From Octopus sinensis (Eukaryota), in assembly GCF_006345805.1 (NCBI RefSeq), contig NC_043001.1:122574001-122638000 (forward strand): a DNA stretch of 64,000 nucleotides, read 5' to 3'. Within the stretch, counting starts at the first letter, position 1, and every line of letters starts with the position of its first letter. Positions 12,632 to 27,314 of this stretch are shown in pieces. The translations under genes were made by a program, and so were the position numbers. The notes under the pieces were generated by a model, which made no database searches, was not told where the DNA came from, and was given only the letters and a program-made list of their open reading frames with translations.

Positions 12632-15600
12632 GTAACACTTGATCTTTTATTTTTAAATGACTTATTCTTAGGGCTGTTTTTTGTATCTGTTAAATTTAAG
12701 AGATTTTAAATTCCAGAAAATTGCATGCTTTTTTTAAAGTATTTCTATGTTTTAAAGAAATTTCTATAATATTATGTAACAAACCTTTTAATTATAATTT
12801 GATATTGTTTAATCAAATGCATGTTGACTGTTTTGACTTTTTCATCAATACTTGTTAGCATACATTGATGCTATTATGATATTTAGATGTGAGCTCCCTA
12901 TTCCTATTCAAATCTTTCTTCCCAAGGAATCTCGCCTCACTTTTCAGAAGTAGTAAATTGTTCCCTAACATCCTGAAAATGGAAGGGTACATTCAGTTAT
13001 GTAGTCATAGATATGTAATACCAAAGAAAACCTGAAAGGATCATGGCTTCAGTATATTTTTAATAGGCACAAGCATGGCTTGAGTAACTTAAAATCTCCT
13101 CAAAAAAGATTTGCTTTGAAAGACATGTGTATAGCTGAGTGGTTAAAAAGCTTGCTTGGTAACCACATTGATTTTGGTTCAATCCCACTTTGTTGTATCT
13201 TGGGCAAGTATTAACAAGCCAAACAAATACCTTGTTAGTGAATTGGATTGATAGAAATTGTGTGTAAAGGCAGCGAGCTGGCAGAAACGTTAGCATGCTG
13301 GGTGATATGCTTAGCGGTATTTCATCTGCCATTATGTTCTAAGTTCAAATTCTGCCAAGGTCAACTTTGCCTTTCATCCTTTCAGGGTTGATAAATTAAG
13401 TACCAGTTGCATACTGGGGTCAATATAATCGACTTAATCCCTTTGTCTGTCCTTGTTTGTCCCCTCTGTTTAAACCCTTGTGGGCAATAAAGAAATAAGA
13501 AATTGTGAAAATCTCTGTTTGTCTATCTGTCACTTGACAACTGGTGTTAGTTTGTTTACATCCCCATAATTTAGCAACTTAGTGGTTCAGTGAAAGAAAT
13601 CAATAGAAAAGAACCAGTCTTTAAAAATTAGTACAGAGGCTGATTGGTTTACCTAAATCTTTTAACTGGTGCCACAGCATGGCTGCAGTCTATTGACAGA
13701 AACATCAAAGGTATAAATCAACCAGAAACATAGGAGTGAAGTGGTCAGTCTATATATCAAGAAAATGGTATAAAATTCCCTCAAAGGGCTCTACTATGGG
13801 AATAATGTGCTACTTTGATAGATACCAATATATGAACTAAGGTAGTACATTTATAGTTCATCTATGCAAGATATCTAATTACTGAATGTGCAACAATTTA
13901 ACAAGTAGGAGGTGCTATAACTTTGTGGTTTAAACAATTGAGAAGCCTGGACCTCAGCTATGCAATATTTACTAAGGCTACCTTCAGTGAAACATTCGGA
14001 TGTTTCACTAAATATTCACCTCTCTAGCAGATGTTGAACTGAAGAATTATGAGCTATATGGGTACCTCATTGGTGCTGGTGCCACAGAAAAAAAATCTGA
14101 GTACACTCTGTAAAGTGGATGGCACTACGAAAGGCATACATCCATAGATACCATGCCAAATCAAAGGAGAATGGTGCAGTTCTCAACCCCTTTGGATCCT
14201 GTTAAACTGTCCAACCCGTGCTAGTGTCAAAGATGGACAATAAAAGATGATGGCAAACCCTTGTGGTATGATAGTATAGTGCAGCACAATATTTGAAAAC
14301 TATCTTTTAAGGTATTAATTTAAATGCTAAAGGGTAAATTGAACTATAGTTTTCTGCTTATTAGATGATTATTTCCTATTCTATAAAGCCTCACACATCT
14401 TTTTTTGTTTTTAAAGGGCAAAGGTCACTGCATTTAGCTGTGATGTAGATATATTTTATAATTTCGCTGAAGTGTACTTTTGTGTGAACTGGCCATTGAT
14501 AATGTTTTTATTACCACATTCAGGTTGTAACCAAACATTACCCTTGCGATACCCTTACTTGATGGCTCTTTGTAGAAAGAGCAGTCAAATATCCTTCAAC
14601 TAGCACTATGATCCGGCAACGCTGGGTCATAGTGCTAGTGCATGCATATACAGCTGCGTGTGTGCGCACATACACGCGAGTACTATCCAAATCTGCGACC
14701 AGTCACATACAACGAGCTGGCATTCAATTGGTGTATCAAGTTTCTGGCATTTTGAGTGAGTTTTGGATAGAAAATTCACAAAAAAGTCACTTCTATTGAT
14801 TTTCTAATGGCTTTGTTGGGTGACTGGGGAAATGTAAAGATGTGCACGACCACCCTTGGATGGTTTTGAATGACCATAGAAAGTGCGAGCCCTCTAACTG
14901 AAAAATTGTGGATTTGTATAAAGGGCACACACACACACACACAGACATTTTGCCATTTATATATATAGAAATTACTCTCATTTTGTAAAAAACAAAAAAA
15001 AAAGACATTCAGTAATATAGTTGGTGGGGAAAGAACAAAGTTTTATGGGTTGAAGGGAATTGATGACTGTTCTGTTGAAACGGGGCTGACTTAGAATTAA
15101 ACCACCACTGCCAAAGCTGTCTCTAATAAGATTGAAACTCAAGGAATTTACTTTCACACACTTCATTCTTGTGTTATTAAATTTCAGAAATGAGGGTTGA
15201 GTGTATTTGCTAAAGGTCACTGTAATTTGGAACCCTTTTTGATATTGGTGCCATTTCCTTAATTTGGAACCCTTTTTGATATTGGTGCCATTTCCTTAAT
15301 TTGGCAGATGGATCTGGGTGAAGATGGTATGCATATTACTAGCTTAAAAGAATAGAGGTTACTATAGAATATACTGTGATAGGATTTCTAGGGGCTAGAG
15401 TAGTGGTTCTTACACTATTTTTTTCCCTTTTGCAACACATAAAAGCAAATAAAAATACACATTATTTACATTTGATGGATATTTGTCCTCATTTCATTTG
15501 TTAACACAATGTTTTGGCTGATATACCCTCCAGCCTTCATTAGGTATCTTGGGGAAATTTCGAATCTGGGTTCTCATTCCTAAGGTATTTTTCAATGTTG

Positions 15601-18600
15601 TTGTTCAGGTCACTGCCTGGAATCACACTTGGAATCTTGGGGTTAGTAGCCCACGCTCTTAACCACTACACCATAACAACATAAAAAATTACCTTAGGAA
15701 TGAGAACCCAGGTTTGAAGTTTCCCTAAGATACCTGATACATGTCAGGTTCAATCCTACAGTACAGCACTTTTGGCAAGTGGCTTCTGTAGCATCCATCT
15801 GACCATTACCTTGTGAATAAATTTGATAAATGGAAATTCTTTTCAACTCTAGGCACAAGGCCTGAAATTTTGGGGGAGTGGGGGGTGCAGTCAGTTAGAT
15901 TGACCCCAGTATGCAACTGGTACTTAATTTATTGACTCCCACCCACCCCCACCCGAAAGGATGAAAGGCAAAATTGGCCTCAGCAGAATTTGAACTCGGA
16001 ATGTAAAGACAGATGAAATACTGCTAAGCATTTTGCCCGGTGTGCTAACATTTCTGCCAGCTCACCGCCTTAATTTGGTAAATGGAAATTGTGCTGAAGT
16101 CCATTGCGTGTGTGTATGTGTTCCCCCTCTGTGACAACAGGTGTTAGTTTGTTTACATCCCTTTAGCTTATTTTGGCAAAAGTGACCAACAGAAATAAGT
16201 ACCAGACATTAAAATATAAGTATTGTAGTCGATTTGACTGATCTTTGAAGGTGGTGCCTCAGCATGGCCACAGTCCAATGAATTACTGAAACAAGACAGA
16301 TGAGATATAAAATATTAATACCTTAAAATTTATAATACAAGAAATATTCCATCAAATGTCAGGGCATAACCACTTAGTTTAAGCTCACCAGATTTTAAGT
16401 AATCCCATTCCGCAAAAATATTCTTTCTGTTCTCAATTTAAACAATTTCAACTTACTTTACTGTCTGGGATAAAAATGAGTTTAAAAGAAAATATACAGA
16501 AACAAAAATAAAATATCAAACATCATCTGGGAATTAGGGTCATCACACAAACATTGCTGCATTGAAGGTTGAAGATGTAAGCAGAAAATTGGGTCAGTAA
16601 GTGTTAAAAATGGTTTATACTGGTTGGTAAACATAACAATGGTTTGGCAATGAAATATGAACATTTGTATACAAGTGACAAAACATGTTTGAATATTATA
16701 TCTCAGGGATTTGTTACAAATCTTTTTTAAACATTTTCTTATTTGCAAATTTAAGACCTGCCTGAATCTTAAGGAATGCACTGCCGGCATTGAGGAGAAT
16801 TGGTGACTCTCAACAGTTCCTCATAATAAACATTGGTAACTGTTTTTCTAGAGGTTAAATGTATCTGGTTGACAAACTTACTTAGCACAAACCTCTCAAC
16901 CTATTTCTTTGTTTGAGAGAGTAGGTAGAAAAAATATTAGTTTTCTTCATCACAGAATTATTTTTAGCTAAAACTTAAATATGCTAATACTAAACCTAAC
17001 TATAATTTCATTACTGCTTTTCATTTGTTGACTCAGCTGTTTCATATTTCACTTCCATGTAAAATTCTATTTCTTCGTTCCACATTTAAATTTTATTTCT
17101 TCTTTCCATGTCAAATTTTCTCATTCGTTTTTTTCTAAGTTTTCACTGTCTTCTAACTTCCTTCTGTGTCAACTTCGGAAGATGGAAAGTACAAAAACAG
17201 ATTGAGGAAAATTTTTGAATGAAATTAAACTAAGCAATGATGACTAGATGGAGATGTGCATGCGAGAAGTGCCAGGAAATGGGTAGCATCACCATCCAGT
17301 GTTTTAACTCTAGGTTTTGTCCCCATTAATGGGGATGGCTGGATCTACCTCAATGCCATAGCAACCAAGGTAGACAGGTGCAGCCCACTTCGACCTTTGG
17401 GCTGGCTCGTGCCCAGTCTCCTTTGCTATCATGAGGCTTTTTTAGCATGCTGGTCAGAATGAAAAAGTTACTTAAGTTGAAGGGAATAGTGTATAGAGCA
17501 TATGTAATATGTGCTAAGATTTTCACAAGAGAGAGGAAGACGAAGAATTGTAGTAGATGATGTGAACAGTCAGTAAATTATGATGTGAACAGTCAGTAAA
17601 TGCCTGAGTTGGGATGGCATAAGCTCAACCATCTCTGAGGAGCAGAGGCCATTATAATGCTGTAGAAAAGATAGAGGAAGGAGGCAGCATACTTGTGAGT
17701 GAGAGGCTGGTGTGTATATGTGAGCAACTTGATGCCAATCATTTGGGGAGGTATTCTCTGGCTGCTGACAGCATATCTGTGTATGTAGTAGTAGCAGCAG
17801 TGCTGTCTCAGATATGAGAGCAAGACGACCTTGCAATAAAATATGAACATTGTGTAGATGTGAAACACAGCTGAAATGTAATCCTAAGTTTAAATTATAC
17901 AGCTCTATATTTAAGAGATGAGGAATTTATGTACATTATATATATATATATATATATATATGTGATGTATATGTTTGTGTGCTTGTGCTTGTCCCCACCC
18001 ACCAAATCATTTGACAACTGATGCTGTTGTGTTAACGTTCCTGTAACTTAGCGGTTCAGCAAAAAAGACCGATAGAATAAGTACTAGGCTTACAAAGAAT
18101 AAGTCCTGGGGTTGATTTGCTTGACTAAAGGCGGTGCTCAAGCATGGCCACAATCAAATGACTGAAACGAGTAAAAGAGGACTTTGTTGAAAAGTTTAAT
18201 TAGAAATGCTCAGAATTGTTTTGGTTTATTCCATGTCGGCTTTGGTCAGACATCCAAATTATGGCCATCCTGACTTTATTTCAGGTATAGCATATTTTAA
18301 GGCATTTTTACAGAGGAATTGATTTGAGAAATATTTGACTGCTATTTCTAGCATGTTAAGCAAGCACTTAAATGCTCCATTGTTGGAATGCCAGGAGTTT
18401 TCTGTATTTGCTGCAAAAAGTTGAAGTAATCACTCATTGACTTACATCATGTTAATTTTCTTTTAACATGTAATTATTTCTAATTAGATTTTAATGCCTC
18501 ACGCATTGAATATATTAACTGTCAGACCGGTTCAAATCTAAAGTCTGACACAAATCCGACAAATTGGCTTTCTTGGGATTAATAAGTTTCAAAAGAAAAT

Positions 18601-21600
18601 AGGGTAAAATAATTTGGTGCTAGACCTTACTCCCTGAATATTGCAGCACTCACATGTGATTAAACTAAGATGGCTAACATTTGTATCAGTTTTAGGTCTC
18701 TGTAGATGTTGCCCTCATGACCTTTTAGATAATTTGTATGTGGTTTAACACAAATGGTAATTTTGTTTTGTATCGGAAGCAAATAATATTTGCGAAATTC
18801 ACAGCTGATCCAGTATGGTGCTGGAACTGAACATTTTTACCAGTATGGAGTTTGCCATCAACAGATGAGTTTGAATTAACACTTCAACCTACACACCATT
18901 TAGACCAACTGTGGCCAGTCTACAGGCTGCTGGACTCTTCATGCCAACTGAAAAATCACCTTGGATTTTTACGTAGTGCTGCTTACTAGATAATGACTGT
19001 CTCATGTGACCACTTGTTGCAAAGCGTAGCCCATTTCTGATTTAACCCTTTAGCATTCAAATCTGCCATATCTGGCCAAAATTTCTAACCTGTTTTATAT
19101 TGAAACTGACCAGATCTGGGCTCTCGCCTCAACCCCACAGTGTCATTCTAAAACTAAAAAATCACATCACTGAAATCTCTGAACTACAAGATAATGCATG
19201 ATTAATTCAAAACAACATAGATAAACAAACACTAAGTTTGACAGAATAATCTGAACACTAAAGGGTTAAAATTTCAGCTTTTCTGAGTTATTGCTATTGC
19301 TTGGTCTCAAGTTATGGCTAATTGAGCAGAACTATGGTCAAAGGCATTCCAACCACGACCATCCTATCTTTTTCTATATCTGGGGGAGAATCTGGATGCT
19401 ACAACACAGACTTCCTCATTCACGTTTCCCATGGTTATTGCAACATGTAAACTGGTTTGGTGCAAGAATTATTAAACAGTGGTGATGGTTCAGAAGTACA
19501 GTGTGTAGCCACAAGATATTTTGATGTCAGTAGTTTCATAGTTCTGAGTCTTTAAGTGATTCTGTATGATTTTACTCCTTATCTCAAATGAGATTTTCCT
19601 CCAAACTTGATAACTGATTCAAATTAGAGTGGATACTGTCATTTTATTTCAAAGGAGCCCTTGAAAAATTTGGTAGAAAGGAGAATGAATAATTCCATTT
19701 GATTCATGTTTTGGCTGAAATATTAAATTGAAAACTTATGACTAGCACTTATCAGGCATTACACATGGCTAATATGCAGAAACCCTTTTCTTATTTTCAT
19801 TAACCCTTTCATTACCAACCCGGCTGAAACTGGCTCTGAGTACAAATGTCTTGTTTTCATAAGTTTTGAATAAAAATCTTCCACCAAACCTAAGTCACAA
19901 TTTATGTTCCTAACACTAGCTTAATGATAACTGAGTTATTTTACTAAATTCTTTGTTATATTTAAAGTAATTGAAAGAAACACAGAGCATCTCAAAATAA
20001 ATAGAGTAACAAAAGGGTTAAACTTAACCCTTTGTTGCCCTTCCAAAGCATTTTCATAAAGGTGACCAAAATATCTTTGCATGTTTTTAGACCTTTAGTT
20101 CTTGTTTCTTTCAAACTTTCCTGGGTGCGTACTAAACTATAGTTTTGATATCTTTCTGCTTTTTATTTGGAATCTCTCTCTCCCTCCCCACCTCTCTTGT
20201 TTAACATAAATTGCTTAATTTATAACAAGCTTTTAGATTTCAGCATTAGAAAGACAATTGTTTATGTAATGAAGATTTTGTTAAAACTAAAAATTGGAAT
20301 ATTGTGTTGTCATGGTGATAGTTTGTCCATCTCAAAGCATCGCCACTCTGTGTTTAGTTGATTATCATGCCTTATGAAATGTATAAATATTGCACAGGGA
20401 CCCACAACCTTCTTTTATGTATTCTGGAAATCTATATAAAAACAGCTTCCATGACTTTCGGAAACATTTTTTTCACACTCAGTTCCTGAAGTATGAAACA
20501 AACTACTTGCAACAGTTGTTAGTTGCTGAGACATTGCATCCTTTAGAATCTCCATGCTTCTTGAAATTTGCCAACACTACACCTGAAACCCTTCCCTCTC
20601 CATACGCATGCACATATGTATATCATGACCCATACACTGTTCACTTTCCTGACTTTTGCACACAATTCTATGTACTGTACATGCACTTTTGATGAGTTGT
20701 AGTGCACCTGAGCACTATACATAGTAATTTCATTATTATGATCCAATAAGGCAGTAAGCTAGCAGAATTGTTAGCACACTGGATGAGATGCTTAGCAGTA
20801 CTTCATCCGTTGCTACGTTCTTAGTTCAAATTCTGTCAAGGTTGACTTTGCTTTTCATCCTTTCAGGGTCAAATTAAAAACCATTTGAATACTGGGGTCA
20901 ATGTAATCGACTCATCCCTTTCCCCACCAATAGCTGCCCTTGTGGTAAAATTTGAAACCATTATTATTATGTAATGTCCACTTTTTCATGCTCGCATAAA
21001 TCTTACTTAATTCAGTTTTAAACTTGTAATGTGTATGTTCATAAACTGTTCTCTTTATTTCTAGTTCTTTCTTCCGGTGGAATCGAAATATACAGGAAAA
21101 TACTTGGATGTTCTCTTGTTCAAATATATCAACGACAGTATAATTGGGAAAGATCTGACTGTTCAAGGCCCCTATGGACCAGTGAAAAGTAAGGAAGGTG
21201 TTCTCTTCACTCTTTTGTTTCATTCATTTGACTGTGACCATGCTGGAGCACTACTTTTAGTTGAGCAAATCGACCCCAGGACTAATTCTTTGTAAGCCTT
21301 GTACTTATTCTATTGGTCTCTTTTGCCTAACTGCTAAGTTACGGTGATATAAACACACCAGCATCGGTTGTCAAGTGATGTTGTGGGGACAAACACACAT
21401 ACAAACATATAGACACACAAACATATATATACATGATGGGCTTGTTTCAGTTTCTGTCTACCAAATCCACTCACAAGGCTTTGGTCGGCCTGAGGCTATA
21501 GTAGAAGACACTTGCACAAGGTGCCACACAGTGGGACTGAACCCGTAACCATGTGGTTGGTTAGCAAGCTACTTACCACACAGCCACTTGTAAATTTTGT

Positions 21601-24132
21601 TCAATTTATTTTTTATATCTTATTTTACTTGATGCCAGCCTATCTAAGAATGCTCTTGGTTTTGTGATACAGACTTACTACTTTGAAATTAAAATCTGCT
21701 ACCAAAGATTTGTGTTAATTTATTTTCCAAACACCATCTTAATAACGAGAGTTATTTTATAAAATTCTTCCTAATTTCCAAAATTAATCAGGGCAGACAG
21801 TGTATTTCAAGAGAAATATGGTAAGAAAAGGGTTAAATGTTCCTTGAACCTTAGTGAGGAAATACCAGTGAGAGAGATATGAGCAGAGGGAATTCCACAG
21901 GGCTGATAATTTTTAAAACTTTTATATACTTTCACAAAATGTTTACCATTTTGTATGAAGCAGACCAATGAGCAGGCACAGGTGTGCATTGTGATATCTT
22001 TACCTGCTTATAGATACAATGCATTAAAGAAAATATTCCTTGATGTTAACTTAAGCTGTATTAGCACTTGATTAATCATAGAATACCTTTGTAGTTGATA
22101 ACGTAACCCTATCATTTTGAGTTTCATTTCTTCCAACATCTATCGTAGTATTACTTTTTGCTTTTACTTCCAGTACTTATTATGTCTGGTACTTGTTCTA
22201 TCAGTCTCAGTTTGCTGAAATGCTAAGTTACAGAAATTCAAACAAAACCACCAATTATTGAGTGGGTGGGAACAAACGCAGCATACGTGAGCACACGCAT
22301 GCATGCATGCATGCATTTGCGGCTCCCCCACAGTTTCTTTCACCAAAATTCATTCAATGCTGTCCTGGGGCAACATGTGCTAAGTAGTGTGACTGAACCC
22401 AAAACCACGATTGCAAAACAACCTATAGTTTTTTTTTTTTACATTTAAATATCATCTTGCTATTTCTTGTGTGTTTATTTGCTCTTTTTGTTTCTATATA
22501 TTTTATATTTATCTAACTGGCAAAACATTTTCTTTTTCAGTTGTTTACTGTGATTTTACAGCTTCTGGTCGGTAAGTTTTGAACATTTTGCACTTCTTAA
22601 AGATGTAAATACTATGTGGACCAGCCATTATTAATATATTATTTTAATCAAGTTATTCAGAAGAACCTTTCTTATGTTTAGTAACTTTTAAACTTTCTTT
22701 CTCGCAAAGTCAAAATTGAACTGATATCAAGTAATTGGTTTGTGAAGATGCATGGCCCAGTGGTTAGAGCATTGAGCTCACAATAATGAGGTCCTGAGTT
22801 CAATTCCTGGACTGGGCTGTTGTGTTCTTGAGCAAGACACTTTGTTTTACGTTGCTCCAGTTAGGTAGAGATGAATTATTTCACTGGTACCAAGCTGTAT
22901 TGGCCTTTTCCTTTCCATTGGACAACATCGGTGGCATAGAGAGGAGAGGCTAGTATGCATGGGTGACTGTTGGTCTTCAATAAACAACCCTGCCTGGACT
23001 TGTGCTTTGTAGGGGCATTTCCTAGGTACAATCCCTTGGCCTTTCATGACAAAAGGGGTCTTTTTTAATTATAATTTAAACATCACCAGACACCTACATG
23101 TGTGTATTACTGTCTCCTGTATATCATTTGGTAGTTGTAAATGAGTGTCGCTATCATACATGCAGTGTACTTCATTTCTAATCTACTCTGAAAACCTGTC
23201 TGGTCATGGGGAAATACAACCTTATTTGGAAATAGGTGAAGGTTGGCAACAGGAAAGGCATCGGGTATAGAAAACTTGCCTCAACAAATTCCTTCAGCTT
23301 GAAAATGTGGACATCATATATACAGTTTATAATTTTGGCATTAAGGCAAGCAATTTTGGAGGATGGATGTTTGTCAATACCATTGGGATTTTAATGAGTT
23401 GGTTCTGTTTTTCTGTTTTTCCCACTGGTTAAGCTAGCTAGTGGTACAAAATAGATTCTTAATGTGTGTATTGGACTTGAATGGGTTCATCACTTGCTGA
23501 TGTCATCAATCCTTTTCAGAATTCTGTTTGTGTTATCTGGCTGTTTTTGCTACAGAATACAGCAATTTGAATTTAGTGAGTTGGTGCTATGATGATATTA
23601 CATTTAAAACTACTTATTCCATTCAGTATAACATCAAATTTTTTATGCCCACAGCTGTTTCCATACCCAATTAATTCAATTTGGGGAATTAAATTAATTT
23701 AAATTTTCATATTGAAAATCGTAAATTGGTTATTTCTTTTTCTCAGACAAGAATCTTTATATACACATATCCACCAGTATGAAACTAACATCAATAGTTT
23801 TTCACTGAAGCACTGGATATAACCAGGGAACTAGGATTGTAACATTCTTTGAAGAAGATTTGATAGCCTTGATGTAATTATATATAAAACATCATAGTTA
23901 ATATAGATGCAGGAGTGGTTGTGTGGTAAGAAGCTTGCTTACCAACCACATGATTCCGGGTTCAGTCCCACTGCGTGACACCTTGGGCAAGTGTCTTCTA
24001 CTATAGCCTCGGGCTGACCAAAGCCTTGTGAGTGGATTTGGTAGACAGAAACTGAAAGAAGCCCGTCGTATATATGTATGTATATATATATATATGTATG
24101 TATATGTATGTATATGTATGTATGTATGTATG

Positions 24133-24167
<35 letters not shown>

Positions 24168-27100
24168 CCCCCCAACATCGCTTGACAACCAATGCTGGTG
24201 TGTTTACGTCTCTGTAACTTAGTGGTTTGGCAAAAAAGACTGATAGAATAAGTACTAGGCTTACAAAGAATAAGTCCTGGGGTTGATTTGCTCAACTATA
24301 GGCTGTGCTCCAGCATGGCCGCAGTCACATGACTGAAACAAGTAAGACTAAGAGTAGGTGTCTTTACCCATTAATGTTTGTATGCAAATGCATGATAAAG
24401 ATACAATTGCTTCATTGGTGTGTTCAATTTTATTTATTTTCCTTCTCACAGGTGCCTTACCTTCATTGAAGATTATATTCGACAGTATGTGATGCCATTT
24501 TATGGTAACACTCACACAACAACAAGTATTAATTCTCGACAGACTACTCTTTTCAGGGATGATGCTAGGTTAGTATCACTTCAATATGGGGGTTTTATGA
24601 TATGAACTAAGATTTTGAAGCACAACTCGGTCAATAAATACACAGTGAAATAATTTAGTCAATACTCCTGTGACATGTGATTCCACAAAGAATTTTAAAA
24701 AACATAAAAAGTACTTGAGTATTTTATCATATTATTAGCTTTGATAAAACATCCATATTCCATGCTGGTTTAGAAGTTCAGTTCACTGCTAATTTGGGTT
24801 CAATCCCACTGCTTGGCACCTTGGTTAAGTGTTTTCTACTGTAAGTCCAAGCTGACTTAATTTAGTTAATTTAGTTGAAACTACAGGAAACCCATTGTAT
24901 GGCCTGGACTACTAGTCTTTGGTCATAACGTGTGCTTGTGAATATATCTAAATGTTGAAATTTCATAGCTGTGACCACTTGAGTGAAACTGTTTATATTT
25001 CTTAATATTACAAGAAATTTAAAAAACAAAAGCTACCACTGTAAAAGCTATCTCAAGTAAGCACCAGTCAAACCCATACTAGCAGGGGAAAATGAACGTT
25101 AGATGAAAGAACCAGCGAAGTAATGCTTTGTTTGAAAGAAGTAAAAAATAAAGCAGGCCCAACTCTTCAGTTACATGTAATATTTATACAACTCGATTGT
25201 TTAAATTAAACAATTGGCACTTATAAGTCTCAAGTCTGCTACATGAAAGGAGAGTATTGTTAGTATTTTTTTCCATTGCTGCATTTTTGGGTTAGAAGCT
25301 TAGCAGAGAATTATACATTATAGTTATTGAATTTAACATTGAGACAGATTTTACAAGGACTCATCATCATCATTGTTCGACCGTGGTCGAGACAATGGAA
25401 TTTACTATGTTACGCCAGACTTCACAGTCCATCATAGCATTACGGAGGTCCTGTCGCTGGATGCCTGTATCCCTGGAGATTACATCAGGGTAGGAGAGTA
25501 CGCGCCCTCTGGTTCGCGAGCAGATGGCTTCCAGAGGAGAAGAGTAGAAATTACCTCGTTTTCAGCTCTACAACAATGTCCAGCAAACTGGACTCTTCTA
25601 CCTTTTACAAGGACTAGTTTTTAGCTTATTTACGAAAATGAAATTAAAACAGAAAAATTACTACCTTTTTGACTGAAAATGCAATTAAAAAAATATCCTA
25701 AATATTTTTCTTCAAAATATGCCTATCTATTTTAACAGAAATATAATCAAGGAATGTGTTAATGCTTCCAATGATGATGTCGTAATATTTACTGGAAATG
25801 GCTGCACGGGAGCTATTCATAAATTAATCGGTGGTTTGAACCTAAAGAATTCACCTTCTCTTAAAAAAACTGTAAGTGACTTCTCATTACTTATCAGGTT
25901 CAGAGGGAGGTAACTCATAACGATTACAACTGCAATTATGGCTGTTCATGATGAATTTGTAATGACTGTTTTCTAAAATAATAATTTTTGATAAATTTGA
26001 CTTGTTAAAAAAAATTGCTCTTAACCACATAGGTGTTTTCTGTTTGACTGCCAGCATCAATCTCTGTTCGAATTGATTTTATATTTATTTTTATAAGCTA
26101 ATGAATGTCATGAAAATCATTTTTGCTATAAATCAATAAAGAGTTATTAGCAGTTAGTTTGAAAATTTTGGGTAATTTTAGCCAAGTGTAAGCCACAGAA
26201 ACATTCATGCCCTTTTCCATAGTAACAAGTGGAACATGAGAACGCCTTTGTCTGCGAGAAAGTACATGTTGACAAACATTGAAACCACTTGTTGAGACTG
26301 TGTTCTACTGTTCTGTCCACCTGGAAATTTTACCGATCTCTTTGATTATGGCAGCAAACTCTGGTAACCCCATGTCTATGATGGAGACACTGAACAGAGG
26401 ATGCTGTGTTATAACTTTTAAAAACATTTTTCAGGAAAAAGTAAAATAACTCCAGCAATTCAACTTGGAAAACTAAATTAACGTGCCAAATTTTAAAAGG
26501 GTGTCTTTACTCACTGGCACACACTCCATGCATTCTTGGCACGAGCATCGCCAGAAAAGAAGAAGACATGATGGGAATGTATACTGGTGATGCTTGCACC
26601 AAGAATGCATGGAGTGTTTGCCAGTGAGTAAAGACACCCTTCCTCTTGGGACTCTAGTGCTTTTCCTTTACTCAAGGATTAAGGAATTGACTTCAGTCTG
26701 GTTTTGTGTTGAAGAACTGGGATGAACCATTGCACAGCTGTTGATTATAACAGCTATGTTAAAGAAATGTGTGTGGAGGACATGCTTTATCAACCATTTC
26801 TAGTTGGTGCTAAAAATAACAGCTAAATAATGCTTTTGGATAAATCTTAAGTTTGTGCTAACACATTAAATGCATATTGAATGCTTAAAACCACAAAAGA
26901 CACATTTACTCTTTTCTTTTTTGTCATTAGGGTGGTTGAGAGGCGTGCTAAAAATAACAGCTCAAAAACGTTTTTGGATAAATCTCTTAATTTTGTGCTA
27001 TCACATTAAATGCATATTGAATGCTTCAAACTACAAAAGACATTACTCTCTTTACTCTTTCACTTGTTTCAGTCATTTGACTGTGGCCATGCTGGAGCAC

Positions 27101-27259
27101 CACTTTTAGTCAAGCAAATCAACCCCAGGACTCATTCTTTGGAAGCCTAGTACTTAACACTTCGGCAAAAGAGACCGATAAAATAAGCTACAGGGACGTA
27201 AACACACCACCATCAGTGGTCAAGCAATGTTGGCAGGACATACACACACACAAACATAT

Positions 27260-27314
<55 letters not shown>

